Position numbers and translations under genes: made by a program. The notes beneath the pieces are model-generated. The model saw nothing but the letters and a program-made list of their open reading frames with translations. It was not told the origin of the DNA and did no database searches. From sequence record MW388002.1: a DNA stretch of 64,000 nucleotides, one strand, 5' to 3'. This document shows positions 26,087 to 35,277 of the stretch, one piece after another (position 1 is the stretch's first letter; every line of letters begins with the position of its first letter). This DNA is from Acinetobacter phage Mokit.

Positions 26087-26612
26087 ATAAAAAGTCCAGT
26101 GCATTTGTAGCTTCAACCGTAGGTTTTTCTTTAGGTTGTGCTTTAGTCGAAGCTTCATATTGTGTCATTTTATCATAGATGTCTTGAATAAATGCTTCAT
26201 CTGCAATAGAAGTCATTTCAGGATCTCTAGAATCATACACGTTGTTAATAAAGTAGCTGTACTTTACCGCAGTTTGTTTGCGTTCTTTTTTGATACGCTG
26301 AATAAATGCATTAAAACAAGCCATAGTGATATATGCATGAGGATTATCGTATTTTGTCTCATCAAAATTGATGAGTCCTTTAATTGCAGCCTCTACACCA
26401 TCACCAATCATTTCTTCTTTCCAGGCCGGTGTATAGCCAGAAAAGTTAAAACGTTTTGATAGACCTCTTGAAATAAGAAGTATTGCTCTTCCAATAGTAT
26501 CATTTTGTTTGACAATTGTACCAGCGGCTCTACACTCTTCCTTCCAAGAACATATAGCTTCATACAATTCTTTGTTATTCACATAGTTGTGCTTAACTTG
26601 TGTATTACTCAT
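26070..26612 (-). CDS. 55: late-transcription sigma factor gp55
   Basis: NYVNNKEL...[29 protein letters not shown][IV]EA.IKGL.NFDETKY.NPHAYIT.ACFNAF[VI]QRIKKERK near-identical motif order to T4 gp55. Confidence 0.92.
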   Translation of the reverse strand: MSNTQVKHNYVNNKELYEAICSWKEECRAAGTIVKQNDTIGRAILLISRGLSKRFNFSGYTPAWKEEMIGDGVEAAIKGLINFDETKYDNPHAYITMACFNAFIQRIKKERKQTAVKYSYFINNVYDSRDPEMTSIADEAFIQDIYDKMTQYEASTKAQPKEKPTVEATNALDFLYGESI

Positions 26613-26666
26613 TAAAATCTCTCCTAAGTAAGCTCAAATATTTGATGAAGCATACTTTAATATTTA

Positions 26667-27038
26667 TCAACTCGACAAAGTGTCTAATGGCGAAAATTCC
26701 ACAACACGAAATAACAAGTCTTCAAAATATTTGACAACCCGATCATGTTCTTTACCAGATGCATGTATCAATTCATTTGAATCACTATCAAACACATATA
26801 CATCTAAAATTTCATTTTTGTCATGTAAAATAGAACCAATTTGTTCACCATTAACGCCAAATATCAGAGCTCGAACATAGCCATTTGACAAGTCTAGGTC
26901 AACGTATCCTAATGGATACGTTTCTACTTTTACACGTCCAAAAGTCCAAAAACCTCGCTCTACTAGACGAGTTCCATTGGCGGTATACATCCCGCTTATT
27001 TTTGGAAATAAATGAAAAACGTTTTTAAGAACTTTCAT
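26667..27038 (-). CDS. hypothetical protein
   Basis: 123-aa ORF. Confidence 0.45.
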   Translation of the reverse strand: MKVLKNVFHLFPKISGMYTANGTRLVERGFWTFGRVKVETYPLGYVDLDLSNGYVRALIFGVNGEQIGSILHDKNEILDVYVFDSDSNELIHASGKEHDRVVKYFEDLLFRVVEFSPLDTLSS

Positions 27039-27113
27039 ATCTATGCCTATAAAATTTCATTTAAAATTATTATACTACACCTTGTGATATAGCAAAGGGA
27101 CCCTAAGGGTCCC

Positions 27114-27395
27114 TTAAAATGTATCATAGCCTAATGTCAAAAGATGATCTTTAAGCTCTTTTACTCTAACACGTTCACCATCTATAAAAATATATGGCAG
27201 AAATAATTTTGAAACTGCGATCTTTGTTTTTAACTCTGCATATAACTCATCATCAATTTTTGGGTATCCATCTACCAATTTGACAATTCGTTTAAATGTG
27301 AATGGTAGCCCGGCCTCGTTAAAGGTTTTTCTTGCGCTCTCACAACCTGCGCACTTAAATGTCTCTTCTTCAATACCATAAATTTCAATATTCAT
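27114..27395 (-). CDS. nrdH: glutaredoxin-like protein NrdH
   Basis: MNIEIYG..CAGC (CxxC) motif; start trimmed to the ATG at 27393-27395. Confidence 0.65.
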   Translation of the reverse strand: MNIEIYGIEEETFKCAGCESARKTFNEAGLPFTFKRIVKLVDGYPKIDDELYAELKTKIAVSKLFLPYIFIDGERVRVKELKDHLLTLGYDTF

Positions 27396-27639
27396 CTTTG
27401 ATAAATCCACTATAATGAATAAAATTTTCAAGTTCTACAAAATCGATACCAGAGATTTGCAACTCGTTGATTGTTGCTTCGAGTAATCGATTTGAAACTC
27501 TTGCGGTAGTCGGCAATTCAGCAGTTTGTTTATATCCGTTGCTCCATGTTTCAAAGTGAATCATGTCGTCTTGACATACAACATACAATATGTCACCGGT
27601 GCATGTTTCATAACGTATAGATTGAGCTATAACTTTCAT
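27385..27639 (-). CDS. hypothetical protein
   Basis: 84-aa ORF. Confidence 0.4.
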   Translation of the reverse strand: MKVIAQSIRYETCTGDILYVVCQDDMIHFETWSNGYKQTAELPTTARVSNRLLEATINELQISGIDFVELENFIHYSGFIKDEY

Positions 27640-28118
27640 GATTTATCCTTTAAAAATAATTTTAGAGCCTTTTTGAAGATTGGAACACGTTTAGCCTTTG
27701 TACACTTAGGCGGAAATTCAATACCGAATGTGCTTGCAAGTTCGTCCATTGCGGATAAATCTAAACGAGAAAAGTGCTTTGTCAAATCATTAACATATGC
27801 CGGATGGGTATTATGTTCGGTTAAGTCTACACGGTAGTATTCAGATAATCTCATAAAATATTCTGAGATATCGACGCCTTTGCTTTTTAATCCTGAACTA
27901 TCAAATTTATGCTTTAATTGCCCTTCTAAAGCATTACAATACCCGCACAATAACGCTCTAACTTTGCCAGCATTAGGACCATGCAATGAGTGATCATGGT
28001 CTAGGTGATTAGATTTTATATCAGATGATAATTCTCTTTGACATAAAGGGCAAATTCCATTTTGTAAATGAAACAATCTAATTTTTTCTTCTTCAAATTT
28101 TTTACCGATTAATAACAT
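27636..28118 (-). CDS. 49: endonuclease VII (Holliday junction resolvase) gp49
   Basis: MLL.GK...E.Q.GKC..CQREL..D...NHLDHDH.L.GP.AGKVR.LLC..CNA.EGQ.KHKF..SGLK..GVD colinear with T4 endo VII; 160 aa. Confidence 0.9.
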   Translation of the reverse strand: MLLIGKKFEEEKIRLFHLQNGICPLCQRELSSDIKSNHLDHDHSLHGPNAGKVRALLCGYCNALEGQLKHKFDSSGLKSKGVDISEYFMRLSEYYRVDLTEHNTHPAYVNDLTKHFSRLDLSAMDELASTFGIEFPPKCTKAKRVPIFKKALKLFLKDKS

Positions 28119-28151
28119 ACTATCACCTCTGTAGATGATAGTATTTATTGC

Positions 28152-28427
28152 TTACGGTATTACACGATATGAATCATTTGCATCTAAAATACACCAATAG
28201 TCTGCTAGTTTTGGCTCAGCTGCAATATCAATGATTTCGCCTGTTTCAGGATTTTTTAACTTATCAATACCCCAAATGTCATTAATTAATATTGTGACAT
28301 TTTCTATAAGGTACGGAGTAGCAGGCTTTAATTCAGGAAAATACTGTGTAATGAACGCGTTATCATCAAAAAACTTCTTATTGATGATAACAGTATTCCC
28401 GACACTAGGTTTTATTCGTATTGGCAT
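28152..28427 (-). CDS. hypothetical protein
   Basis: 91-aa ORF, ATG 28425-28427. Confidence 0.45.
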   Translation of the reverse strand: MPIRIKPSVGNTVIINKKFFDDNAFITQYFPELKPATPYLIENVTILINDIWGIDKLKNPETGEIIDIAAEPKLADYWCILDANDSYRVIP

Positions 28428-28704
28428 TTATCACCTCATATTCTGACGGATTTGATGATGAAAGAAAGGCCCACCATTTTGCTTTAGGTTGTTCGCCTTC
28501 TGGCAAATGATATACTTCGTTGACATTGAATTTCTCAGAAGTTTCGACACATACTAATTCGATTGCACCTATCATTTCTTGTAACTCTCTGATTGCGGTA
28601 ATTCTATACGAATTATCCTGAGATAACTCAGGATAATGTAGTAAAAAATCATCAGAAGTGTTAAAGAAACAATCGGTCAATTTAACGATTGTTCCAATTT
28701 GCAT
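28405..28704 (-). CDS. hypothetical protein (start trimmed; TAAtATG junction; TAG stop)
   Basis: Listed ORF 28405..28878 overlaps the upstream ORF by 173 nt; internal ATG 28702-28704. Confidence 0.4.
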   Translation of the reverse strand: MQIGTIVKLTDCFFNTSDDFLLHYPELSQDNSYRITAIRELQEMIGAIELVCVETSEKFNVNEVYHLPEGEQPKAKWWAFLSSSNPSEYEVINANTNKT

Positions 28705-28705
28705 A

Positions 28706-29032
28706 TTACACCTTATTGAAAAAATGTGAAGTGAAATTTGTAAAGAAGGCCCAGAATAATTCATCTTCTGGATCAATTTCAAAAACTTTGCCGGTTGATA
28801 CACATTTAAGTGCAGTACATCCTTTAGTTGTCTCGAGAAGCTCAGTAAATTCATCTTCTGCCTGAGTTTCTCGAGCACCTACAATAAAGAATTGTTTTGA
28901 GTTTTTCATTTCTGGAAATAATTTTAGTAGTGGCTTAATGCTACGTAGTCCTTCAGTAGTGAATTCAATAATATCGCCAGTACGGAAGTCAACAGGAGTT
29001 AAGTAAGTAGTATTCATTTCAATTTCCTTCAA
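28706..29032 (-). CDS. hypothetical protein
   Basis: 108-aa ORF. Confidence 0.45.
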   Translation of the reverse strand: MKEIEMNTTYLTPVDFRTGDIIEFTTEGLRSIKPLLKLFPEMKNSKQFFIVGARETQAEDEFTELLETTKGCTALKCVSTGKVFEIDPEDELFWAFFTNFTSHFFNKV

Positions 29033-29056
29033 TTAAACTCAAAAATATTTTAAAAC

Positions 29057-29335
29057 TTATTTGGATAAAGCAATGTCTTTGCGAAGTTCAGCAAAACCAC
29101 CAATATGTACATCACCTTTAAAGATAACCGGCAACGAGATTCCAACTGGGCTAGTTTTTCCTAGTTTGGCTAACATGCCATGAAATTCTTTAGTCCAAAT
29201 AGGGCCATTTTCATCTGTGCCACTTGCAATGCTAACAAATTCGTATTCTTTGCCTTTAGCTGTGCATAAACGTTTTGCACTATCGCAATTGATACATTTT
29301 TGAACTTCTGGTAGATAGCCATATATTGTGTACAT
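29057..29335 (-). CDS. nrdC: thioredoxin/glutaredoxin NrdC
   Basis: YGY....KC..CD.AKRL.....E[FY]EF..I......GGF..LR pattern as in T4 NrdC; 92 aa. Confidence 0.8.
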   Translation of the reverse strand: MYTIYGYLPEVQKCINCDSAKRLCTAKGKEYEFVSIASGTDENGPIWTKEFHGMLAKLGKTSPVGISLPVIFKGDVHIGGFAELRKDIALSK

Positions 29336-29382
29336 CTTAATTCCTCTAATTTAAATATGATCTATCATATTTATATGAGGTT

Positions 29383-29411
29383 ATTGTATACAATAACCTC
29401 ATATGTGTAAA
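29383..29411 (-). promoter_or_regulatory. early promoter for nrdC; -10 (TACAAT) centred in the perfect 20-bp palindrome ggttattgtatacaataacc
   Basis: rc: TTTACAcatatgaggttattgtaTACAATaacc. Confidence 0.5.
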
Positions 29412-29415
29412 TACT

Positions 29416-30423
29416 TTATTTTGAAAGAATTTTAATAGTTTCTTCAAGTGCAGAAACTTTTCGTGCAAATTCTACCTTTGCATCACGAAGTGTTTGAATT
29501 CGTGAAAGTAGTTCAGTGATAGTATCATCAGCCTCGCTATCCTGTTTTTTCAGTGCATCTATATTAGCCTGAACTAGTTCTATTGCAACAGTTGTGCCAA
29601 TCTTTTCTCCTGGATTTGACACCATGAACAGTGGTGACTTGCTCATTACTGTAACTTGTGGTGTCTGTTCACGTAGTGTGACTTTTAATGAATACGCATT
29701 AACACCTTGTTCAATTTTTAAATTAGTGCACTGCGATAATAACTTGTACATCTTTTCCGCAATCGCAAGGGCATTTGAACGTGCATTCGGATGATCAAAT
29801 GTAGGATGAAATCGAATAGTGCACGTAGAATTATTTACACTTGAATCTACACTAATTATGGTATGCTCAAGCTTAACACCTGGAATTGTCGCACCATTCT
29901 GAGTTCGATGCCCGATGTTTGCCAGATTTTGAATACTTCGATTATTAGTTCGTTCTAAACGTAGCATACCAGAAATAATTGATGCCAACTGATCGTCAAC
30001 AAATTTACTTAATGAAAATGAAGTTCGATTTGTGGCCTTCACATTAGAATTATAATCTGTTATGTAAAATTCTTCGCCCGTGTCCTTAACAGTACAAAAA
30101 TTTCGTATGCGATGGGTAATTAATATACGTGAGGCCCAGTTGGTTTTGATTAATTTTGCAATTAAATTTGGTGCTTGAGAAGCACTTAATGCAGAGTAAT
30201 GTGTAAGAATTCGTCTAAGAATCTTTTCGATTTCATCAGATGGTGCGCTGTCAAAAACACGACTCAATTCAAAGTGGATATTTCGTTGTACAGTGTTTGC
30301 TATAACATGTGGCAAACCTTCATTTGATGAGATTTTATGACGACACGCATTAGCATTAATTGTGGCTTCAAACTGACTGCGAACGATGTCACTAATAATA
30401 GATTTAAATGTAGATTTATTCAT
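29416..30423 (-). CDS. hypothetical protein (335 aa) with C-terminal coiled coil
   Basis: Long ORF downstream of early promoter 30454-30482. Confidence 0.55.
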   Translation of the reverse strand: MNKSTFKSIISDIVRSQFEATINANACRHKISSNEGLPHVIANTVQRNIHFELSRVFDSAPSDEIEKILRRILTHYSALSASQAPNLIAKLIKTNWASRILITHRIRNFCTVKDTGEEFYITDYNSNVKATNRTSFSLSKFVDDQLASIISGMLRLERTNNRSIQNLANIGHRTQNGATIPGVKLEHTIISVDSSVNNSTCTIRFHPTFDHPNARSNALAIAEKMYKLLSQCTNLKIEQGVNAYSLKVTLREQTPQVTVMSKSPLFMVSNPGEKIGTTVAIELVQANIDALKKQDSEADDTITELLSRIQTLRDAKVEFARKVSALEETIKILSK

Positions 30424-30453
30424 GCCATATAACCTTTAGGATATTATGAGACT

Positions 30454-30482
30454 ATTATAACAATACTCTCATAATATGTAAA
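30454..30482 (-). promoter_or_regulatory. early promoter; -10 inside the palindrome ttatgaga...tctcataa
   Basis: rc: TTTACAtattatgagagtattgtTATAATagtctcataa. Confidence 0.6.
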
Positions 30483-30487
30483 CACTT

Positions 30488-31075
30488 TTAAATTAAATTT
30501 ACAGCCTTTGCAATTGCATATGAAATTCGTGGCATGGCAATACCTGTACCGAAATATACAATTTCGCCTTCATGAGTTCGTTTACCGTATGAACCTAGTT
30601 CAACACCTTTGTATTCAATATCGAGTCCTTGTGGAGCATCAACAACTATTGCGTCTTTGAGTCCTTCTTGTCTAAAAAATGCTAAAGCATCAGTCACGAC
30701 TGTTCGTTCAAATGAAATTAACTCAAGTTTCAGAAAAATTTCTAAATGAGAATCATCAATGACACGCTCATTTCGCTGACATGGCGTCAACATCATGAAC
30801 TTACCGTTCGGTGAAATAGGTGTTCCACGTGTTTTGTATCGAGTCATCATATCATAGAATGACTGTTCAGCACTGCCTACATAAAAATTATCTTCGTCAT
30901 GCGCCAAAGGAACAGCACCTTCAGGGATAGTTTTGTTAATTGCTTGTATGCCAACACATTGCGCAGCAGAAATTGGTTTATAACCGAGTTTTTTGTAAAA
31001 TTCAATTGCTCGTAATAATTGAGGCAAATTAATTTCAAACCGTGCGTCTACAATATTTAAATTAGGCTCAAACAT
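30488..31075 (-). CDS. hypothetical protein
   Basis: 195-aa ORF. Confidence 0.5.
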   Translation of the reverse strand: MFEPNLNIVDARFEINLPQLLRAIEFYKKLGYKPISAAQCVGIQAINKTIPEGAVPLAHDEDNFYVGSAEQSFYDMMTRYKTRGTPISPNGKFMMLTPCQRNERVIDDSHLEIFLKLELISFERTVVTDALAFFRQEGLKDAIVVDAPQGLDIEYKGVELGSYGKRTHEGEIVYFGTGIAMPRISYAIAKAVNLI

Positions 31076-31683
31076 TCTAATGCCTCTTTAAGTTTAGATT
31101 TGTCAGCTAATGGAGATCGAATTTCATGGCGTGTAAATTTCACTAGAGTCCCTTTAGACTCAGCACAATAATGAGTATTATCATTTCTATGAAATACATT
31201 ACCTGCTGAAATGCAAGGTTTACCATGAGGAACATATATCATACCAAAGACCACTTCGCCTACGGTAGTAAAGCCCTTGAGAGTAGATTCAGACTGCATA
31301 GGCAAACTAACTGCATCTCGAGTAAACAACATATAGTATGTATTATAATCGAGCCAAATTTTTAATCCACCATCAAATTCATCGACAGACGTTGCATTAT
31401 CAAGCAAATATTTATGTAGAGAGCTCGGTGTACCGAAGGAAGGGCGCCCATTAGATTTAAATGCATTGGCAGTAGTAGCTGCCATCACATCTAAGTCATC
31501 AATAGTTACACCTAAACGCTGCGCTTGAGACTTGACTGCACCAAACAAATCCGACAATTCAACCTGTGCCATAATTTTATTATTTGACGCAAGTGCATCA
31601 ACAAATTCTAGAGCTTCTTCTACTAGTTTGTTAGGACTCAAGTGAGTAGACTTATCAATTGTAGTTACATGATAACCTGCCAT
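31057..31683 (-). CDS. hypothetical protein
   Basis: 208-aa ORF. Confidence 0.5.
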   Translation of the reverse strand: MAGYHVTTIDKSTHLSPNKLVEEALEFVDALASNNKIMAQVELSDLFGAVKSQAQRLGVTIDDLDVMAATTANAFKSNGRPSFGTPSSLHKYLLDNATSVDEFDGGLKIWLDYNTYYMLFTRDAVSLPMQSESTLKGFTTVGEVVFGMIYVPHGKPCISAGNVFHRNDNTHYCAESKGTLVKFTRHEIRSPLADKSKLKEALECLSLI

Positions 31684-32402
31684 TATTTGAACTCCTTGAC
31701 AATTTTACCACCATAAAGTGCAAATTGATCTTTGTCTTCGTAGCCATTGGTTTCCCAGGCATGCTTTGTGGTGTTCCATAATTTAAATGGTGAACTAGAA
31801 GTGTCGTAGATTGCTATTTCATCTTTAGATGAATCTTCTTCATTCATGAAATGAACTGCAATCGATGCACGTGTAAGTTCTTTGTTTATCTCTTGTGTTT
31901 TCCAATAGCCTGGATTCGAATATAACACTTCGTCTGCTGTAATAGGACGAAGGCTAATACTTTCAATTGTGTGAATTCCGATCTCACCATAGGGCAAATT
32001 ATCACTTAGGGCTTCTTTGATTGTCATAACTGCTTCATGTGCGTCTTCGTCTCCATGTTTGTCTAAGAATTCATCACTATCAGGATGAATTCCAAATAAA
32101 ACAGTAAATACCCATTTTGATGTTTCTAGTGCGGCTTCAATAGTGTCATATTCATCTCGAGACCATGTATGACGAGTTTTGCGTGGCATATTAAGTGCAC
32201 TACAAAGTGCATGGATCAATTCCATGAAGTTTACTGAACGGCTACCTGTAAACACTTCGCCTGGTGCAAATACACGTTCTGGATATTTAGGGTTGACACG
32301 ATGTTCGATATCAATATAATCGGCATCATTTGTATCTCCAGAAATTTTAAGGAAATGCGTAGGTTTATGTATAGGATTTTCCATAATGAGCTCCATATTC
32401 AA
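31683..32402 (-). CDS. hypothetical protein
   Basis: 239-aa ORF, promoter 32409-32437. Confidence 0.5.
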   Translation of the reverse strand: MNMELIMENPIHKPTHFLKISGDTNDADYIDIEHRVNPKYPERVFAPGEVFTGSRSVNFMELIHALCSALNMPRKTRHTWSRDEYDTIEAALETSKWVFTVLFGIHPDSDEFLDKHGDEDAHEAVMTIKEALSDNLPYGEIGIHTIESISLRPITADEVLYSNPGYWKTQEINKELTRASIAVHFMNEEDSSKDEIAIYDTSSSPFKLWNTTKHAWETNGYEDKDQFALYGGKIVKEFK

Positions 32403-32408
32403 AATAAA

Positions 32409-32437
32409 ATTATACTACATTACTAGGTGATTGTAAA
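32409..32437 (-). promoter_or_regulatory. early promoter
   Basis: rc: TTTACAatcacctagtaatgtagTATAAT. Confidence 0.55.
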
Positions 32438-32727
32438 CTGAAATGTTTAATAAATCCCTGAATTGTTCGACGCATTTCTTTTTCTTTTTCGCGATTTTCT
32501 GCGCATAATTTCAAATATTCGTGATTCATCGACATGACTTGAGCTGCATCCTTTTCTGATTCATATACACCAAGTATAGCGGATTTCCAATACTTTGAAC
32601 GGCGTGATCCTATTTCAATTTCAATTGAATCTGTGTCTTCTGATACAACTTGATGCGCCTTCTCAAGCATAAAATGTGGTGTAGAATTATATGCCACAAT
32701 AACATATTTACCAACTAGTGAATTCAT
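32410..32727 (-). CDS. hypothetical protein
   Basis: 105-aa ORF. Confidence 0.45.
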   Translation of the reverse strand: MNSLVGKYVIVAYNSTPHFMLEKAHQVVSEDTDSIEIEIGSRRSKYWKSAILGVYESEKDAAQVMSMNHEYLKLCAENREKEKEMRRTIQGFIKHFSLQSPSNVV

Positions 32728-33266
32728 TAAATTTTCCTCAAATAACCATTTTCAATTTTCAAGCCGATATTTTCAAGATATCCTGGATAGTCGTTATATT
32801 GCATTTCTCTTTCAAGTAGTGCATCAATAACTTGATCTGCATGAGACCTGAATGTCCATTCCTTTTGATACCTGATGTGATTTTTAATTTTCCATAATAC
32901 TACACATACCTTAGAGCCTACATGCTTTTTGAGCATTTTATCTAACGCATTAACTGCAATTTTGTAGCCATGATTATGAGCATAAGTATGAATAGGATCA
33001 TAATACACGTGTTTGTATGCTACGTCAGGATGTATGTGCTTTGGATCATAAGACTTATATGATGTACTATCCATCATCTTAGCTAACTTATTAACCTGAT
33101 TACCGCACCAGATACCTATCCACGGTTGTTCTTCATACTGCTCGCGCCATTCATCTTCCCACTCTTGATAGTCTTGAGCAGTAGGTTCAGGCCAATCGTC
33201 ATCCCACATATCATAAGGGTCCATATCGCATACAGCGTCATATTCGTCATAATCACGATAAGTCAT
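32727..33266 (-). CDS. hypothetical protein with highly acidic W/D/E/Y-rich N-terminus
   Basis: 179-aa ORF, promoter 33292-33320. Confidence 0.5.
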   Translation of the reverse strand: MTYRDYDEYDAVCDMDPYDMWDDDWPEPTAQDYQEWEDEWREQYEEQPWIGIWCGNQVNKLAKMMDSTSYKSYDPKHIHPDVAYKHVYYDPIHTYAHNHGYKIAVNALDKMLKKHVGSKVCVVLWKIKNHIRYQKEWTFRSHADQVIDALLEREMQYNDYPGYLENIGLKIENGYLRKI

Positions 33267-33291
33267 ATAGCCTCCATGTTTAATAAGAATT

Positions 33292-33320
33292 ATTATACAA
33301 AATGGTAGTATGCATGTAAA
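33292..33320 (-). promoter_or_regulatory. early promoter
   Basis: rc: TTTACAtgcatactaccattttgTATAAT. Confidence 0.55.
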
Positions 33321-33619
33321 CAGCTTTCGAAATTAATTTTGCCACCACATAGTTTAAGACAATGGCGAATCCAATCATTTCGTTCATAGTTGCCAGGATA
33401 ATCTTTCCAATTTGTGCAATATTCTATGATTTGATCTGCATGGACAGTATAAGTTTGCCATCCTGCTTCCTCTTCTATAGTCGCAATTGCAGTTTCTAAT
33501 GGTAGATGTTTTACTTTGTTATACAGTGGAAATGAAATCATTCCCCATTTATACATCTCAGATACACTCTTTGGAGAAGTACGAATTCGACTATCTACAC
33601 CTTGCATAAATTGTTTCAT
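33293..33619 (-). CDS. hypothetical protein
   Basis: 108-aa ORF. Confidence 0.45.
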   Translation of the reverse strand: MKQFMQGVDSRIRTSPKSVSEMYKWGMISFPLYNKVKHLPLETAIATIEEEAGWQTYTVHADQIIEYCTNWKDYPGNYERNDWIRHCLKLCGGKINFESCLHAYYHFV

Positions 33620-33671
33620 TTTAATCTCCTCAAATTAGTAAAGCCTGATCAAATGATCAGGCTTGAATTTA

Positions 33672-34679
33672 TTAACGAAGTTGTGTAACTTCTGCAATTT
33701 CTTTCCAGTTGTGCTCATCAGTTTTAACAAAACTAGCTAGATAAAGTGCTGTACGTAATGAAACATTACGAAGGCGTGAAATATTTTCTTTCATCCATGC
33801 TAAAATTTCTTGTGTTTCAGATTCAAGTAATCCTGCTTTAAACATCATATCTGTGTTTAAAATTACGTCTTCAACACGAACCATAATTTCTTCATTTGTA
33901 TGAACACCAAGATCGAGGTAAACCGAGCGAGATACTAGAGCATCAAGATGTGGCGCTAATTTTGATCCACGATCAATTTCACGATCAATATCAGTGTTGG
34001 TAATGAAAACGATTGTACCTTCAAATTCAAATTCTTGTGGAATTTCTTTTTCCTCAAGATATGATGATGCAGTAGACCAACAAACTTTACGAGTTTCAGA
34101 AGTATCTAATGCGGCTTTTAAAAGATTAAGAGAATCTTCAGATGAGAAAACATCTACGTCATCAAGTACTAATACATTGTTTGGTCCAGAACATTCATAT
34201 AGTTTACAGAACATTCCAATTGGAGACATTTTGCCATTTAAGATAGTGTATTCGATTTTACCTTCAGCATCGGCCTTTTCTAAATCACGGTTTAATGTGT
34301 ATGTCTTTCCAATGCCTGGAGCACCTGAAATAATGAGAGAACGTATTGATTTGTTAATTAAGCCGTTTGTCATAATATCCATAACTGAAAAACGACGATT
34401 AATTCGAGTTTTCATTTCTTCAAGAGTTTCAGTTGGAACTAATGAAGCTACAGGAGATTCAACTTTTATTGATTTAGGAAGTTGCCCATCGATTGTATAA
34501 TCACCATGGAAAACCCAAATTCCGCGTTGTTTGCCATTGAAGTTAATAATGACTTTACCATCCCCAAATTGACTATCATACTGATTCAATTCTGTAGGGA
34601 ACCATGTATTAATTAGTTCGAAAGTACCATGAAATTCATTTCCACGATAAATTCCTTTGTTGATAGTAACTGTAGCCAT
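33672..34679 (-). CDS. P-loop ATPase (AAA/RecA-like fold) of unknown role
   Basis: Walker A LIISGAPGIGKTYT and Walker B VLVLDDVD; 335 aa; promoter 34718-34746. Confidence 0.6.
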   Translation of the reverse strand: MATVTINKGIYRGNEFHGTFELINTWFPTELNQYDSQFGDGKVIINFNGKQRGIWVFHGDYTIDGQLPKSIKVESPVASLVPTETLEEMKTRINRRFSVMDIMTNGLINKSIRSLIISGAPGIGKTYTLNRDLEKADAEGKIEYTILNGKMSPIGMFCKLYECSGPNNVLVLDDVDVFSSEDSLNLLKAALDTSETRKVCWSTASSYLEEKEIPQEFEFEGTIVFITNTDIDREIDRGSKLAPHLDALVSRSVYLDLGVHTNEEIMVRVEDVILNTDMMFKAGLLESETQEILAWMKENISRLRNVSLRTALYLASFVKTDEHNWKEIAEVTQLR

Positions 34680-34717
34680 AATATTTTACTCAATACGATG
34701 TTTGATTTAATATGACT

Positions 34718-34746
34718 ATTATACCATTAAAGATAATAGGTGTAAA
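34718..34746 (-). promoter_or_regulatory. early promoter for the P-loop ATPase gene
   Basis: rc: TTTACAcctattatctttaatggTATAAT. Confidence 0.55.
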
Positions 34747-34780
34747 CATTTATTTGAAAATATTTACACCTGTCTAAGAT

Positions 34781-35065
34781 TTATTTTACATAAAGCCCAA
34801 GTGCAAGAATTGCTAAAGCTATCCATCCAAAAAACGAGACTAAGTGAGACACCTTAACTATGTATACATCTTGCATTGCACGATGTGGCCAATAAGTTTC
34901 TAGTGCGTACTTATTCGTACCGCGAATAGCATTCATAGGGAACTCATGCCCGTCAAGGTTCTTAGCCCACACACTATCAACAGTATTAGTTTGGCGAAAT
35001 GACACGACTTTTGCTGGGATCATAAAGGGCATAATGATTATATTTTCGCCTTCTTTAAACTTCAT
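34781..35065 (-). CDS. hypothetical protein with C-terminal TM helix
   Basis: 94-aa ORF. Confidence 0.4.
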   Translation of the reverse strand: MKFKEGENIIIMPFMIPAKVVSFRQTNTVDSVWAKNLDGHEFPMNAIRGTNKYALETYWPHRAMQDVYIVKVSHLVSFFGWIALAILALGLYVK

Positions 35066-35276
35066 GAGGAGCCTCCAATGGATGAAGTTCTAATAACAAA
35101 TCACGTAACATGATTTGTTCACGAATAGTAAGTACTACACCTTCGTATTCATCATCCGCGTCAATCTCTAAGTGTTTTTCATCACCAATGAGCGAAAACA
35201 GAGTATCAACATTTCCTTCTGCAATTTCTTCAGGTGTTTGACGAATGATCCAAGATGTTTCAGATAATTTTTCCAT
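35055..35276 (-). CDS. hypothetical acidic protein (start trimmed; TAAcATG junction)
   Basis: Listed ORF overlaps the upstream gene by 143 nt; internal ATG 35274-35276. Confidence 0.4.
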   Translation of the reverse strand: MEKLSETSWIIRQTPEEIAEGNVDTLFSLIGDEKHLEIDADDEYEGVVLTIREQIMLRDLLLELHPLEAPHEV

Positions 35277-35277
35277 G

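Noticed and set aside
33994-34500. 168-aa plus-strand ORF inside the ATPase gene
   Set aside because: Antisense to an ORF with clear Walker motifs
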